The notes: generated by a model not told the origin, from the letters alone. A stretch of 64,000 nucleotides of DNA from Verrucomicrobiota bacterium (GCA_033762955.1 JANRLC010000048.1:1-64000), one strand, 5' to 3'; counted from the first letter of the stretch, positions 36,004 through 46,770 are shown. Program-made: numbers and translations.

Positions 36004-36660
36004 ATGGCATTCCCACCCACTTCAGGCGGCAACCGTCCCTATAACCGGTCCTATAACAATAACAGCAATCAGGTGCGTAAGAACGAGCGCATCCGTGCTC
36101 GCGAAGTACGCTTGATAGGCCCGGATGGCAGCCAAATCGGCATCGTAACACGTGAAGAGGCACTGGTACTTGCCAAGCAACACGATCTCGACCTCGTGGA
36201 GATAGCCGCAACGGCGACCCCACCGGTTTGCCGTATCCTCGATTACGGCAAGTACATGTATGAGATTTCGAAGAAGGCCAAGGACAAGACCCATGTCACG
36301 AAGGTCAAGATCATCAAGATGCGCATGCGCATAGAGACCCACGACTACATGGTGAAGATTCGCCACTCGGAGGAATTTCTATTTAAGGGTAACAAGCTCC
36401 GACTCACCCTCCAGTTCCGCGGTCGCGAGATGGAGCATAAGGAGCTGGGCTACGAAGTCGTGCAGCGCGCGGTAAACGACCTCATCCACGTAGGGGCAAT
36501 CGAAGGCGGTGTGAAGCCCCAGGGCCGCAGCATCGTCGCCACGCTCAACCCCCTTCCCGTCGCCAAGCGCAAGCTCAAGTTCAACGAGAAGGTCTCCGAA
36601 CACGATGATCTCGTGGACGATTCGGACGATGCGGATGAGCACGACGAAGACGCGAAGTAG
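36004..36660 (+). CDS. infC: translation initiation factor IF-3
   Basis: INERIRAREVRLIGPDGSQIGIV ... KVKIIKMRMRIETHDY ... ; acidic C-terminal tail. Confidence 0.8.
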   Translation: MAFPPTSGGNRPYNRSYNNNSNQVRKNERIRAREVRLIGPDGSQIGIVTREEALVLAKQHDLDLVEIAATATPPVCRILDYGKYMYEISKKAKDKTHVTKVKIIKMRMRIETHDYMVKIRHSEEFLFKGNKLRLTLQFRGREMEHKELGYEVVQRAVNDLIHVGAIEGGVKPQGRSIVATLNPLPVAKRKLKFNEKVSEHDDLVDDSDDADEHDEDAK

Positions 36661-36842
36661 GGGAACGAAGCAGTTTTCCGTTGGCAGATTCCAGTTTCCA
36701 ACGGGGAGCGCGTATCCGCTTTGGTAAATTATTCCGCCTTCGCGCACGTTTTCTTGCCGTTGCAGGGGAGAGCATCCATGGTTGCTTTGTGGATGACTCA
36801 ACCCGAAACCTGGAGCCGCTCAGAACTCATGAGAGTTACCGG

Positions 36843-37835
36843 ATGGGTCGCCGGGTATTCATGGGCCTGCTTGCGGGGATGGGTTTGTTGCTGAGTGGCG
36901 GGCGCCTCGAGGCAGAACCCAAAATTAACGGGGTCGCGTACACCACGCTGAAGACTATCGGTAAGCAACTGGGATTGAGGCACAAGTGGGTACAGGCGGA
37001 CAGGCATGTTATGCTTTCCGCTAGCGACACAAAGCTGTCGATGGAGGTGAATAAACGGGACATCCAGGTCAATGGGATTCGCGTTTACCTAGGGTTCCCG
37101 GTGGCGATGTTGAATGGCGACCTTGCCATCAGCACACTCGACTATGAGAAGACGCTCCAAGCGCTCCTTCTGCCCCACCGCTTCAAGCCGGTTCCGCGGC
37201 TGGTACGCATTGCGATTGATGCCGGACACGGTGGCAAGGACCCTGGAGCCCAGAACAAATCGCTAAAGCTGGTGGAGAAGCAGTTGACGTACGACTTGTC
37301 GAAGCGTCTGCAGAAGCTACTCACCGCAAGGGGATTCACCATCAGTTTACTGCGGACCAAGGACGAGTTTATTGCCCTGGAGAAGCGCACGCTTCAGGCG
37401 AACAGCGCAAAGGCGGATTTCTTTGTGAGCCTTCATTTCAACGCGGCGAATGAGACTACCGTCCGGGGAGTGGAGACCTATGCTTACACCCCGGTGGATC
37501 AGCCCTCCACATCCCGTAGCAAGGTTGTTGCCGATGACCGTACGGTGGACCCCGCGCATAGGCATAATCCATGGAATACACTGGCGGCATTCTACATCCA
37601 GCGAGCCATGGCAGACCAACTGGAGACCGAGGATCGGGGTATGAAGCGCGCGCGGTTCACGGTGCTGAAGGGCCTGAATTGCCCCGGGGTTCTCGTTGAA
37701 GGAGGCTTTCTTACCCACGCCACGGAGGGTCGCAACCTTGCCAGCACTGCCTATCGCGAGCGGCTGGCGCGGGCGATCGCCGAAGGGATTGTGGCTTACC
37801 AAAACACACTAAAACGGGCTGCCTCTAAAACATGA
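36843..37835 (+). CDS. N-acetylmuramoyl-L-alanine amidase (Amidase_3 family)
   Basis: IAIDAGHGGKDPGA ... SLHFNA ... GVETYAY ... are the Amidase_3 zinc-binding motifs. The start is taken at MGRRVFMGLLAG. Confidence 0.75.
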   Translation: MGRRVFMGLLAGMGLLLSGGRLEAEPKINGVAYTTLKTIGKQLGLRHKWVQADRHVMLSASDTKLSMEVNKRDIQVNGIRVYLGFPVAMLNGDLAISTLDYEKTLQALLLPHRFKPVPRLVRIAIDAGHGGKDPGAQNKSLKLVEKQLTYDLSKRLQKLLTARGFTISLLRTKDEFIALEKRTLQANSAKADFFVSLHFNAANETTVRGVETYAYTPVDQPSTSRSKVVADDRTVDPAHRHNPWNTLAAFYIQRAMADQLETEDRGMKRARFTVLKGLNCPGVLVEGGFLTHATEGRNLASTAYRERLARAIAEGIVAYQNTLKRAASKT

Positions 37836-39619
37836 ACACCCTCGTGCGTTTACTCATTCCACGATTGGTCTGCGCCATGCTTCTCTTGTGGATGGCGCTA
37901 CCAGAACTGCGCGCACAATCCCCTGCCAGTGTAGTAATCCTAGCCAACAGCAGGGACCCCCAGAGTGTTGAGCTGGCGAACTATTACGCGAGCCAGCGGG
38001 GGATTCCTACGAAGAATATCATCGCGCTGCCCATGACGACGGATGAGGCCATCTCGTGGCCTGTCTACGTTGAGCAGATTCACAACCCTGTTTTCAAGGC
38101 ACTCGCGAACGGGAACTGGTTGAATGCCCTCGAGAACAAGCGCACCGACGCCGTGGGCCGCATACGCTGGGATATATTTGGAAACGACATTGGCTATCTG
38201 GTGCTATGCCGGGGCGTACCACTGCGAATCAATGGCGATGCCGCCCAGCAGACACCCGCCGAACTGGAGAAACTGAAGCAGGTGCTTCGCCACCTTTTCG
38301 GTCAGCGTCGCACAGACGAAGAGATCAATGCAGCGGCGGAGCGGTTTAAAACCAGCACAGCCTCCGTCGATGCAGAACTCGCTCTGCTGGCCATCGGCGA
38401 AGATATGCCTTTACTCGGACCCTTCCCGAATATTCTTCATAATCAGCCAACTCCCTCACTACGGGCGAAGCAGAAGATCATTAAAGTAACCCGCCTTGAT
38501 GGTCCTACAGTCGCCGCTGCAAAAGGGTTGGTGGACAGCGCTCTGGCTGGTGAGAAATATGGGCTCATCGGCCGCGCATACATCGACCAGGATGGTCGCA
38601 TGAGCGAGGGCTACGCCATGGGAAATGAATGGCTCGGCCAGATTGCCCGCTCCGTCCGGCGACTCGGCTACCCGCTCTCGCTGGACACACAGCAGCCCAC
38701 CATCCCCGCCAGTGCGCGGATGGATGCCCCAGCCATCTACTTCGGGTGGTGGACATGGAACGTGGACGGCCCGTTTGCACTGCCTGGGTACCGGCTGCCG
38801 CCGGGAGCGATAGCGGTACACCTTCACAGCTACTCTGCGCAAACCCTGCGCAAAGTGGCAGGCGAGCCGGATGCCCGCTGGGTGGGTCCGCTGGTGGCTC
38901 AGGGTGCGGCCTGCACACTGGGGAATGTTGAGGAACCTTACCTGCAATTTACCCATAATTTCGGCACATTCTTCGATGCCCTGGCAGAGGGCAAAAACTT
39001 CGGCGATGCCGCTTATGCCGCGCTGCCCGTACTCTCCTGGCAGGCCGTGGCAGTCGGCGATCCCTTGTACCGGCCTTTCCTGCGCACCCTCGACCAGCAG
39101 CGCAACCTCGGTGATGACCCCGAACTGGCCAGCCGCGCCCAGTATATCGCCCTGCGGCAATGGCAGTTACTCGCCGATGCGGGCAAGGACGACGAAGGCG
39201 CCGCCATTGGCCGCACCGCCTACTTCAAGCACCCCGGCCTCGCCCTAGCGCTGAAACTCGCCCGCTACTACAAAGGCGCAGGCAGCGCCGACAAAGCTCG
39301 AGATATCCTCAAGCTCCAGATGACTCGCGGATTCCTCTCCAGTGATGAATGGATACTCGCCGCCGAGGTCGCCATCTGCATGAGCAATGACCTCAATGAA
39401 CCCAAGCTGGCCCTGCCCCTTTTTCGCACCCTTCTCGAAATTCGCAATCTCCCTGATCCCGTTGCGATTGCCATCCTCCACGAAGCGTCCTCTTGCGCCA
39501 AAGCCGCAGGCTACCCCGAGCTGGAGGCCAGATGGACCGAACGCTTTCGGATACTCACGATGCCACCGCCGGTGGCACCAGCGACAACGGCCACCGCAGA
39601 GGCCACGCCGAAGAAGTAG
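37832..39619 (+). CDS. secreted hypothetical protein (595 aa)
   Basis: Signal peptide followed by a large conserved-hypothetical domain; no catalytic motif recognised. Confidence 0.5.
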   Translation: MNTLVRLLIPRLVCAMLLLWMALPELRAQSPASVVILANSRDPQSVELANYYASQRGIPTKNIIALPMTTDEAISWPVYVEQIHNPVFKALANGNWLNALENKRTDAVGRIRWDIFGNDIGYLVLCRGVPLRINGDAAQQTPAELEKLKQVLRHLFGQRRTDEEINAAAERFKTSTASVDAELALLAIGEDMPLLGPFPNILHNQPTPSLRAKQKIIKVTRLDGPTVAAAKGLVDSALAGEKYGLIGRAYIDQDGRMSEGYAMGNEWLGQIARSVRRLGYPLSLDTQQPTIPASARMDAPAIYFGWWTWNVDGPFALPGYRLPPGAIAVHLHSYSAQTLRKVAGEPDARWVGPLVAQGAACTLGNVEEPYLQFTHNFGTFFDALAEGKNFGDAAYAALPVLSWQAVAVGDPLYRPFLRTLDQQRNLGDDPELASRAQYIALRQWQLLADAGKDDEGAAIGRTAYFKHPGLALALKLARYYKGAGSADKARDILKLQMTRGFLSSDEWILAAEVAICMSNDLNEPKLALPLFRTLLEIRNLPDPVAIAILHEASSCAKAAGYPELEARWTERFRILTMPPPVAPATTATAEATPKK

Positions 39620-39639
39620 CGATCTGTCGGATCCTCTAG

Positions 39640-39810
39640 ATCACGTGAGTACCCTTGCAGTCGGGGTATTTGGTGCAGCACCATCTGGTCCACGGTACGG
39701 GAGCGGGCATCAAGGAACTTCTCGCAGAACCAGACGGTTGCATCGTAGATAAGCGTCGATGTCTGAAAGCTGCACGTATCGCGGTAGCCACCGCTGGGTC
39801 GGAGTTACTT
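39640..39810 (-). pseudogene. remnant of the four-helix-bundle/zinc-ribbon gene (internal deletion of about 600 bp)
   Basis: The 5' and 3' ends match 20690-20838 and 20053-20100, but the middle is missing. Confidence 0.6.
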
Positions 39811-39846
39811 CATGGAACGAACTGGGTATGTTAGCAGAGCGCTCCC

Positions 39847-40185
39847 TTAAACTTCAGCCTTCACGTGCTCTCGGTAAACGCGCAGCAGCTCAGTCACCAA
39901 AATCCCCTCTATCTTCATCCCTGCGTAGCCTGCATCGGCAATGGTAAGGTCGCCCAGGCAGGCGTTGCGGATGCTGGCTCCGGTCAATGCGACATTGAAG
40001 AACGTAACGCCGCGCAGATTGACATCATCAAAGCGGGTCGCGCTCAGGTTGACGTTATGGAACTTCGACTGGGACAGATTCACATTCTCAAACTCTGCGG
40101 CACCCAGGTTGACATCCGTAAACGCCGAGCCGCCCAGATCAGCGTGCTCCGCCTTGTACTTTCCACATTTAAGTTCCGTGCTCAT
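39847..40185 (-). CDS. pentapeptide-repeat protein (paralog of 20873-21211)
   Basis: About 90% aa identity to the copy-1 gene. Confidence 0.75.
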   Translation of the reverse strand: MSTELKCGKYKAEHADLGGSAFTDVNLGAAEFENVNLSQSKFHNVNLSATRFDDVNLRGVTFFNVALTGASIRNACLGDLTIADAGYAGMKIEGILVTELLRVYREHVKAEV

Positions 40186-40344
40186 GGTTTGATGGGAATG
40201 AGGTTGGTGACGATTGCACATCACTGTGTTTATCCGGAAATAATAATGTGTGTTAAGTCGCTTGCCGTAAACGCAAAAGCGGGCGGGACTTTGTGGGTCC
40301 CGCCCGCGAAGGCTTGTTACTGCGTTGGTTGCCGGGTTGTAGGA

Positions 40345-41334
40345 CTAGGCAGCCTGGGTTAACGGAGCGGCTGCGGTGCGCACTACTGTCACGGCATTGC
40401 TGCCGCGCTCGCGACGGGTGTTGGTGACAACATACACCTTGTAGAGCATTGTGCTACCGGTGGATGCGAGCCCTTCGCTGGTCTCGTAGGACTGTACGTC
40501 CTTAGCCACTGTGGCGATGGCAGACGCCTCGTTCGTGCTGTAGGGAGCGGCGTTGCAGGCGCGGATCTCGTAGTGGAGCAGGTCCGTGCGAGCGCTCGGA
40601 GTCCAGGTTAGTGTAGCCTTCTGCGCGACAGCGTCCCAGCTAGCGAGCAGTTCCACTTTGTCGGCAGCACCGCCCTTGGGCTGAGTGATTGTCGGCACAT
40701 TAACACGAATCAGGTGGTCCTTCGGGAAAACTGCCTTCACCTTGTCGAGGTACTGGATGAGGCGGGGCTTGATCTCCTTCTTCACCATTTCATCACGCGT
40801 CTGAATGAGCATGGAGTGGTCCTTCTTCTTAATGATGATGTTCTTATAGGCCGTACTCAGTGCTGCGCTGTCCGTCGTGAACTGTTCGATGGTGATTCCA
40901 CCTTCGAGAACCAGGGGCGAGGGAAGCCCAGCCACCGGATTATCCAGCAGGTACTGCCAGAGATCGCGTACCGCTTCGCACGTACGCAGGAACTCCAGTT
41001 GCTTGCAGCGACCACGCGGCAGCTTGGGCAGGCGCTGCGCCACCTCCGCCGGGAGTTCGCCACGCACCAGATAGATGAACTTGGCGATGCTTTCATAAAG
41101 CGATGCTTTTAAGGCATCGCGATTGGCGTACTCCTGACGGAGACTCTTTAGACTCAGGTCTTGCTGGTATAACAGCGCTTCAATGGCCGCAATGAGGTCC
41201 GAGAAGCGGTTTATAGTGAACAATCCCTTGAGGACGATGGCACCAGAGGCGCCACGAGAATCATTCGCCTTCATCCAGCTATTGAGAAAGCTGACGAGGC
41301 AGGCGATGATGGTTGATACTGTATTGAGTGACAT
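40345..41334 (-). CDS. hypothetical protein with C-terminal fibronectin-III-like domain
   Basis: WTPSARTDLLHYEIRA ... YKVYVVTNTRRERGSNAVTV is FN3-like. Confidence 0.45.
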   Translation of the reverse strand: MSLNTVSTIIACLVSFLNSWMKANDSRGASGAIVLKGLFTINRFSDLIAAIEALLYQQDLSLKSLRQEYANRDALKASLYESIAKFIYLVRGELPAEVAQRLPKLPRGRCKQLEFLRTCEAVRDLWQYLLDNPVAGLPSPLVLEGGITIEQFTTDSAALSTAYKNIIIKKKDHSMLIQTRDEMVKKEIKPRLIQYLDKVKAVFPKDHLIRVNVPTITQPKGGAADKVELLASWDAVAQKATLTWTPSARTDLLHYEIRACNAAPYSTNEASAIATVAKDVQSYETSEGLASTGSTMLYKVYVVTNTRRERGSNAVTVVRTAAAPLTQAA

Positions 41335-42169
41335 GACTATTCCTTTCGTTTGTTTTGTTATTTTGGTTGGTATTCCCAGTCTGCACACAGCCGCCGGCCT
41401 TCAGCTCTCAACGTTCGGCGTCGTGCCGACAGTTGGCTGTTGGTTTGTGCTCTGCACAGCCCGCGGGAATAGCGGGGTTCTTGGTTGCCGTTCTGCTTCT
41501 GACATTGCACCGTTGGTCAGATCATCGGGGCCGGTTCTTGAATCGGGCTTTTACCCCCTCTTCTCAATCCCTTCCTTTCCTTGCGGTCCGGAGCACTGGG
41601 CGTCGCCTATCTTTTTAAAGATACACATCCAAAAGAGGATGTACTCCCTGTGAGCGGCTTCAGGTTCCAGCTATCATGGACGGCAAATCCAACCAGAACT
41701 TTAAAGCATGGATGTACAGTGACAGACCGACGGGGGTAGATCAAGCACATATCTTAAAATAATCGATTTTTCGTGATCGAAGGATGATCATGGACGCGGA
41801 ACCCGCATGAATAGCCAGTTTGTCGAAGGAGAACGCCACCGGAAGCTGATGTATGGCCGATTCATGGTAGTGCAAAGTGCTGGGAATGACTATTATGGCT
41901 GATTGCAAGGCGGTGTAGATAGCAGCGAATCAGAGAATAGGATGGAGACAATCTCAAGAAAATGCGTAGAATCGGGGCAAAATGAGTGGGAATAGATGAA
42001 GAAAGTGAAGCCGTAGGTGAGGGGAGCTGTGGATTATGTTATAGTGGACTATCGTCTAAAAATGCATATTAAGTTAGGCAGTGTTCACTAGAATAAGTGG
42101 CTGTCCATCGAGGTTCTGCTGGAAATGTAAAGTGGCGGAAGGGAAACTATTCACTGCGATTGTTATGAC

Positions 42170-42665
42170 TACCAAAGGAGCACGGCCAGCTTGGTCGCTT
42201 GTGTGATAGAAGCGGGCGAGCCGCCCGTGCTTCTGTAAAGAAGCTTGGCCGTATAAAGGAGCGCGGCCAGCTTGGTCGCTTGTGTGATGGAAGCGGGCGA
42301 TCCGCCCGCGCTCCTGTAAAGAAGCTTGGCCGTATAAAGGAGCTTGGCCGTATAAAGGAGCGCGGCCAGCTTGGCCGCCTTGTGTGACAGAAGCGGGCGA
42401 GCCGCCCACGCTCCTGTAAAGATGCCAGCTTGGCCGTATAAAGGAGCGCGGCCAGCTTGGCCGCTTTGTGTGATATAAGCGGGGGAGCCGCCCGCGCTCC
42501 TATAAAGATGCCAGCTTGGCCGTATAAAGGAGCGCGACCGGCTTGGCCGCTTTGTGTGATAGAAGCGGGCGAGCCGCCCGCGCTCCTGTAAAGATGCCAG
42601 CTTGGCCGTATAAAGGAGCGCGACCAGCTTGGTTGCTTGTGTGATAGAAGCGGGCGAGCCGCCCA
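42170..42665. repeat. tandem array of about 5.5 copies of an 87-bp palindrome-rich unit
   Basis: Unit GGAGCGCGGCCAGCTTGGCCGCTTTGTGTGATAGAAGCGGGCGAGCCGCCCGCGCTCCTGTAAAGATGCCAGCTTGGCCGTATAAA at about 90% inter-copy identity. There are no unique spacers, so it is not a CRISPR array. Confidence 0.75.
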
Positions 42666-43124
42666 CGGGTTTATGCCAAGACAAGGCTGATTGGACACGC
42701 TGAAAGGACAGACAAGAATGTCTATCCCACATTGCCCAATACCTCAATCCGTGGGATCGAGGCCATCCTGACTGCTCTGTGCGGGGTACACCAAGCGAAG
42801 CGACTTGCCTTTCCCTGCCTTTGCCCTTTCTGCCATCTTCCTGTTGCCTTCTGCCTTTGTCTTTTACCAACAAAAAGCGGACAGAACCACATGGTGATCC
42901 TGTCCGCTGGAATACTTATAGCTACTGCCTTGATTGACTAGGCGGTTTTACTCATGGGTTCGGCTTCGGTCCGGATTACATTGAGGTTATTACTACCGCG
43001 TTCGCGGTGGGTTTGGAGATATCCGAACTCAGTGGTCTTCTCGAATACGCTGGGCGTCATCGGGGTTGTCTGTAGCGCCAGGTTCGGCTTTCATTTTCTG
43101 TTTTCGACATCGCCTCGATTAACG

Positions 43125-44684
43125 TTATGGATGTCGTGCAACCTTAGCACGGAGCATGTCCATGTGCATCTCAGCGCGCTTCTTCTGCCCTTCCTCTGTA
43201 ATGAGTGGATAGACCGCCTCAAGCCGCGCCAAAGCCTGTGAAGCAACTTCACCTTCAAGCTCCTCGGTTGACGTTGCTTCCAATGCTGTCATTACAAGCC
43301 ACGGCTCAGCTGAAGTGTAGAGCGGAGCTAAATCAGCGAACTTCGCCCCGATCATCCATAGCGTTTGGTGCTGAGTGTAAGCTTCCTGACTGTTCTTGGG
43401 TGGATGACTTGGTATGGCCTCTACTAGCCGCGGAATGCCTGGCCTGCCAAGCTGGCGAAGTTCGGATAGGACTTTCATACTTCGAGAATCATCCGACATC
43501 CCGGCCAAAGCGAACTCAGTCAACTGAGTAGCAATGTCATCAAGCTTCGCTTTTACTCTCTCCATGGCCAAACCCTGATCAGTCCTTTCTTCCAGCGGAA
43601 CCTTCGCCCAATTGCAGAACTGGGTAATTGCGTAGCTCTCTGAAGGAGGATTCTGTTTTCGAGCCAAATCCTTGGCGATTTGCCCGCGTACCGAACGGCA
43701 GGCGAGATCCAGTTCAGAGAGTATGCTTGAAATCCGGCTTAGCGCCTCGACGACGCCCGTTCGGTCCTCCGGTTTGCTGTGGTAAATCTCCAGAAGCTCG
43801 GGAATGAACTCAATCGCCTCTACGTTATAGCACAGTGATGAATAATCCAGCTCCGGCGGACGGTCTTTACGAAAGGTGTGGAATGCCTGCCAAATTCGCG
43901 TTTGTCTGGGCCCGGGATCGAGGGCTCCGTGGTCTGGCAAGATGAGTTCAATGCTGATCTTGGGCCTGTTTGGAATGACCTCGGAATATCCCTCGTTCAA
44001 TACCCGGCTCCCGATTGACCGCTGCCAACTGTGATTAAGCACCAGCTTCTCCGGTTGATCTTTCAATTCCCGAAAACTCAGATTCCAGAACGTTGGCTTG
44101 CGCTGCAAATCCCCGGGCGGATCAGACATCGGCTGAATTTCCAAGGCGACACTCTGGCTCGCACGCAACCGAAATCGGAATTTGCCTTGGGAATCACTGC
44201 TTGATGATCGCTTCTGCATACTCAGACCATTCTCGTGGAAGTACTCATTAATTCTGACTCCAGAGAGAATATTGCCCCTGATGTCGCGCAATTGAAGTTC
44301 GACTCGTGTTGAATTCACAAAGTCTATCAGCAAGGCGACCCCCAGCCATAGGATTACCGCGGGGATTACTGTTGAGAGTTGCCGCGCTTCTTTTCTCGGT
44401 CGGCAAAAGAATGTAGCTATCAGACCAAGGAGACAAATCGCGAGAGCCGGCAGCAGAATAATGGCCATCATTCCAGCAAACCCTGCGTCCGGTCCGCTCA
44501 TGCTCCCGATGTGGCTCAGAATCCTGAGGATCTTGAATGCCGCGTAAGCAAAGACTCCGGTGGTTGGAAACCATATAAAAACGACCCACCGACGGCTACG
44601 GAAAGCGAATGAAAGACTGAGCCCACAGATCAGGGCGAAGAGCCCCACCAATGCGGATGTGAGGGATAGCTGGGAGAAAATCAT
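43125..44684 (-). CDS. cassette ORF, large multi-TM membrane protein (about 519 aa), hypothetical
   Basis: Start chosen at MIFSQLS, 35 bp downstream of the R-prime box. Four N-terminal TM helices are followed by a soluble domain. Confidence 0.5.
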   Translation of the reverse strand: MIFSQLSLTSALVGLFALICGLSLSFAFRSRRWVVFIWFPTTGVFAYAAFKILRILSHIGSMSGPDAGFAGMMAIILLPALAICLLGLIATFFCRPRKEARQLSTVIPAVILWLGVALLIDFVNSTRVELQLRDIRGNILSGVRINEYFHENGLSMQKRSSSSDSQGKFRFRLRASQSVALEIQPMSDPPGDLQRKPTFWNLSFRELKDQPEKLVLNHSWQRSIGSRVLNEGYSEVIPNRPKISIELILPDHGALDPGPRQTRIWQAFHTFRKDRPPELDYSSLCYNVEAIEFIPELLEIYHSKPEDRTGVVEALSRISSILSELDLACRSVRGQIAKDLARKQNPPSESYAITQFCNWAKVPLEERTDQGLAMERVKAKLDDIATQLTEFALAGMSDDSRSMKVLSELRQLGRPGIPRLVEAIPSHPPKNSQEAYTQHQTLWMIGAKFADLAPLYTSAEPWLVMTALEATSTEELEGEVASQALARLEAVYPLITEEGQKKRAEMHMDMLRAKVARHP

Positions 44685-44718
44685 GACGGCTAGATGTTGG
44701 GGAAGGTGATTATGCGCG

Positions 44719-44809
44719 TGCCGAACGTCTAGCTCATCCACGGCGGGGATGGAAGCCCGAATTCAAACTGGAGCGTTACCCGCCGTTGGATGGAGCGTCT
44801 TGTTCGCCT
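44719..44809 (-). other. integron attC site
   Basis: Top strand GCCGAACGTCTAGCTCATCCACGG ... CGTTGGATGGAGCGTCTTGTTCGCC. Confidence 0.6.
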
Positions 44810-44826
44810 TTGGTTTATGAGTTTGT

Positions 44827-45405
44827 CTATGCTGGATGAGTAAGTCGTGTGATGATCTCTTCAACGTCACGGACACCAGCAATAGCTAAGAAACCGTGGT
44901 CAGTGGATTGTCTGCCACCATCACCATCACCCGCCCAAGTCCGCTCAAAAATGAGGTCTCCAGTCCCATCTGGCTTCTGAACCCGTCGGATGTCTTTGAG
45001 TCGGTCGGGATCAAATGAACGAATTGTCATGGAACCAAATACACCACCAGCTAGGACAATAGCTCGCTGATCCGTGATGACATAGGCAGTTCTTCGAGCC
45101 ATTCGTCGCATCCAGTATGGACTGGAAAGCATACCAAATCCGATGAGGACGAATGGCAGGCCGAACAGTGGGAAAATGCCAAAGCCCTGACTAAAGTCGG
45201 GCATCTTGAACCCGCTGGCTCCAGCAATCCAGAAAAGAGCAAACGCTGTCCAAGGTATGCCAAACAGCACAAGTCCGATACTACGCCGGGCAAAACAACC
45301 AGGAATGGGCTGTCCAGTCCATGTGACACGTTCTCCATTTCGCAGTTCAGCATCAATAAGACGAGAAACATCGTGCGGTAAATTATTTGTGTGGTGGAAT
45401 TGCAT
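44827..45405 (-). CDS. cassette ORF, membrane protein (2 TM plus a bPH-like domain), hypothetical
   Basis: 192-aa ORF starting 16 bp after the R-prime box. Confidence 0.5.
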   Translation of the reverse strand: MQFHHTNNLPHDVSRLIDAELRNGERVTWTGQPIPGCFARRSIGLVLFGIPWTAFALFWIAGASGFKMPDFSQGFGIFPLFGLPFVLIGFGMLSSPYWMRRMARRTAYVITDQRAIVLAGGVFGSMTIRSFDPDRLKDIRRVQKPDGTGDLIFERTWAGDGDGGRQSTDHGFLAIAGVRDVEEIITRLTHPA

Positions 45406-45420
45406 AGGGTTTCATTTTTT

Positions 45421-45487
45421 GCCGAACGGTAAAGATGAGCCACGAGGCATGACAGCGGTGGACGTTGGCTCTGGTGCCTGGTTCGGC
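45421..45487 (-). other. integron attC site (best-preserved exemplar)
   Basis: Top strand GCCGAACGGTAAAGATGAGCCACGAGGCATGACAGCGGTGGACGTTGGCTCTGGTGCCTGGTTCGGC. R''/R' are GCCGAAC/GTTCGGC. L''/L' are GAGCCA(A)CG / CGTGGCTC with one extrahelical base. Confidence 0.75.
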
Positions 45488-45488
45488 C

Positions 45489-45851
45489 TCATGTGATAAC
45501 CGAAGATACCGCGACGCGACAATTCTCGGCCAAACCGTAAACCTTGTCGGCTTCGTAGTCGAATAGCTCGTAGTGCACCGATTCCCAGCCTCTCGAGCTA
45601 ATCTTATCTACGTCGAAACCGATGAGCTGGTGAATGGATGCAATGCGGAAATCGCGAACATTGCCGAAAGTGACATCGATCTGCCCCTTCTTTCCTTTGA
45701 GCACAAAGGAGACAATCTTTTCGAATCGCTCGCGATCTTCCTCGTAATATGTGTCGATAGACAGGCACTTAAGATCCGTAAAATCACCGAATGCGCAGTC
45801 GCCATACTGTGCTTTGACATCGGCGTAACCTGGAAGATCAGCGAGCGACAT
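45489..45851 (-). CDS. cassette ORF, hypothetical protein (120 aa)
   Basis: The stop codon directly abuts the R'' box. Confidence 0.5.
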   Translation of the reverse strand: MSLADLPGYADVKAQYGDCAFGDFTDLKCLSIDTYYEEDRERFEKIVSFVLKGKKGQIDVTFGNVRDFRIASIHQLIGFDVDKISSRGWESVHYELFDYEADKVYGLAENCRVAVSSVIT

Positions 45852-45859
45852 TGTATTTT

Positions 45860-45958
45860 CCGAACGTTATAGATCAGCCACGACTATGGCTGGCGCACAG
45901 CCTGCGCAAGCAGGATGCGTGACTGACATAGTCGTTGTGCTGTAGCGCCTGATTAGGC
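45860..45958 (-). other. integron attC site
   Basis: Top strand CCGAACGTTATAGATCAGCCACG ... GTCGTTGTGCTGTAGCGCCTGATTAGGC. Confidence 0.65.
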
Positions 45959-45964
45959 TCATGT

Positions 45965-46663
45965 TTATTGTATTTCTTTGCAGATAAAACTCCGTACGAC
46001 CGGTTGCGCTAGAATCATAGCTAATTCATCGTGCAAAACTTTTTCCTTGTTTCCGCCTGGAGGTGATGGATGGCTAAACTTAATAACTAAACGCTTGCGG
46101 TGAATGAATATTCGGTCTGCTGGACACGTGAACTCAGTGCTGGGATGGTATGCTGCGTGATAAGACCAAAAGGTGTTAGCGCACAAGATCACGTCGGGAC
46201 AAATAAGATCAATTTGCTCAGTGAGAAACTCTTTATCTCTGATTGCCGCTTGCTGTATCAGCTTCTGTGAGGAGGTAGTCTCTCCTAGCTCCTTGGAAAC
46301 ATTTACATAGGCGATATCTGACAACTGTATGGTTCCGGCATACCTTGAGTCAAATGCATCATACTCAGCTTGAGAACTTGATGCGTTACCGGTGTAAACC
46401 GATTTAATCAGATCCCTCCATCGAACAATATTGCGCCATATAATTGGGAATTTCCCGTTTCGCGCAATTATTTCTATTGGGCTCCCAGATATGTTATACC
46501 AATTCGCTTTTTTGTGTGATTCCTTCATCAGGAACAAAATCCTAGGCTTTGCGGTCATCCACGCTTCAGGGCTTAGGATGCCGTCCCGCACAAAGGGATT
46601 ATACCCCCGAGTGTGAGCCCACCTGTCTTGTAGTTCGGTTAACTTTTCGATTTCGATGTCCAT
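45965..46663 (-). CDS. cassette ORF, hypothetical protein (232 aa)
   Basis: Bounded by attC sites on both sides. Confidence 0.5.
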   Translation of the reverse strand: MDIEIEKLTELQDRWAHTRGYNPFVRDGILSPEAWMTAKPRILFLMKESHKKANWYNISGSPIEIIARNGKFPIIWRNIVRWRDLIKSVYTGNASSSQAEYDAFDSRYAGTIQLSDIAYVNVSKELGETTSSQKLIQQAAIRDKEFLTEQIDLICPDVILCANTFWSYHAAYHPSTEFTCPADRIFIHRKRLVIKFSHPSPPGGNKEKVLHDELAMILAQPVVRSFICKEIQ

Positions 46664-46669
46664 GTTATT

Positions 46670-46770
46670 TCTACCTTACGTCATAGATGAGCCACGAGCG
46701 TGCTCGACGCCAAAGCCTGCCCCGCAGCCGACGTGCCAAGCACGCTCGTTGGCTCTAGCGAATGATCAGG
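46670..46770 (-). other. integron attC site (R-prime box degenerate)
   Basis: Top strand CCTTACGTCATAGATGAGCCACGAGCGTGCTCG ... CAAGCACGCTCGTTGGCTCTAGCGAATGATCAGGC. Confidence 0.55.

Noticed and set aside
42074-42873. Three overlapping minus-strand ORFs (111, 183 and 234 aa) over the 87-bp tandem array. CRISPR was also considered.
   Set aside because: The ORFs translate repeat units in three frames. The array has no unique spacers and the unit is too long (87 bp), so it is neither a CRISPR nor a protein gene.
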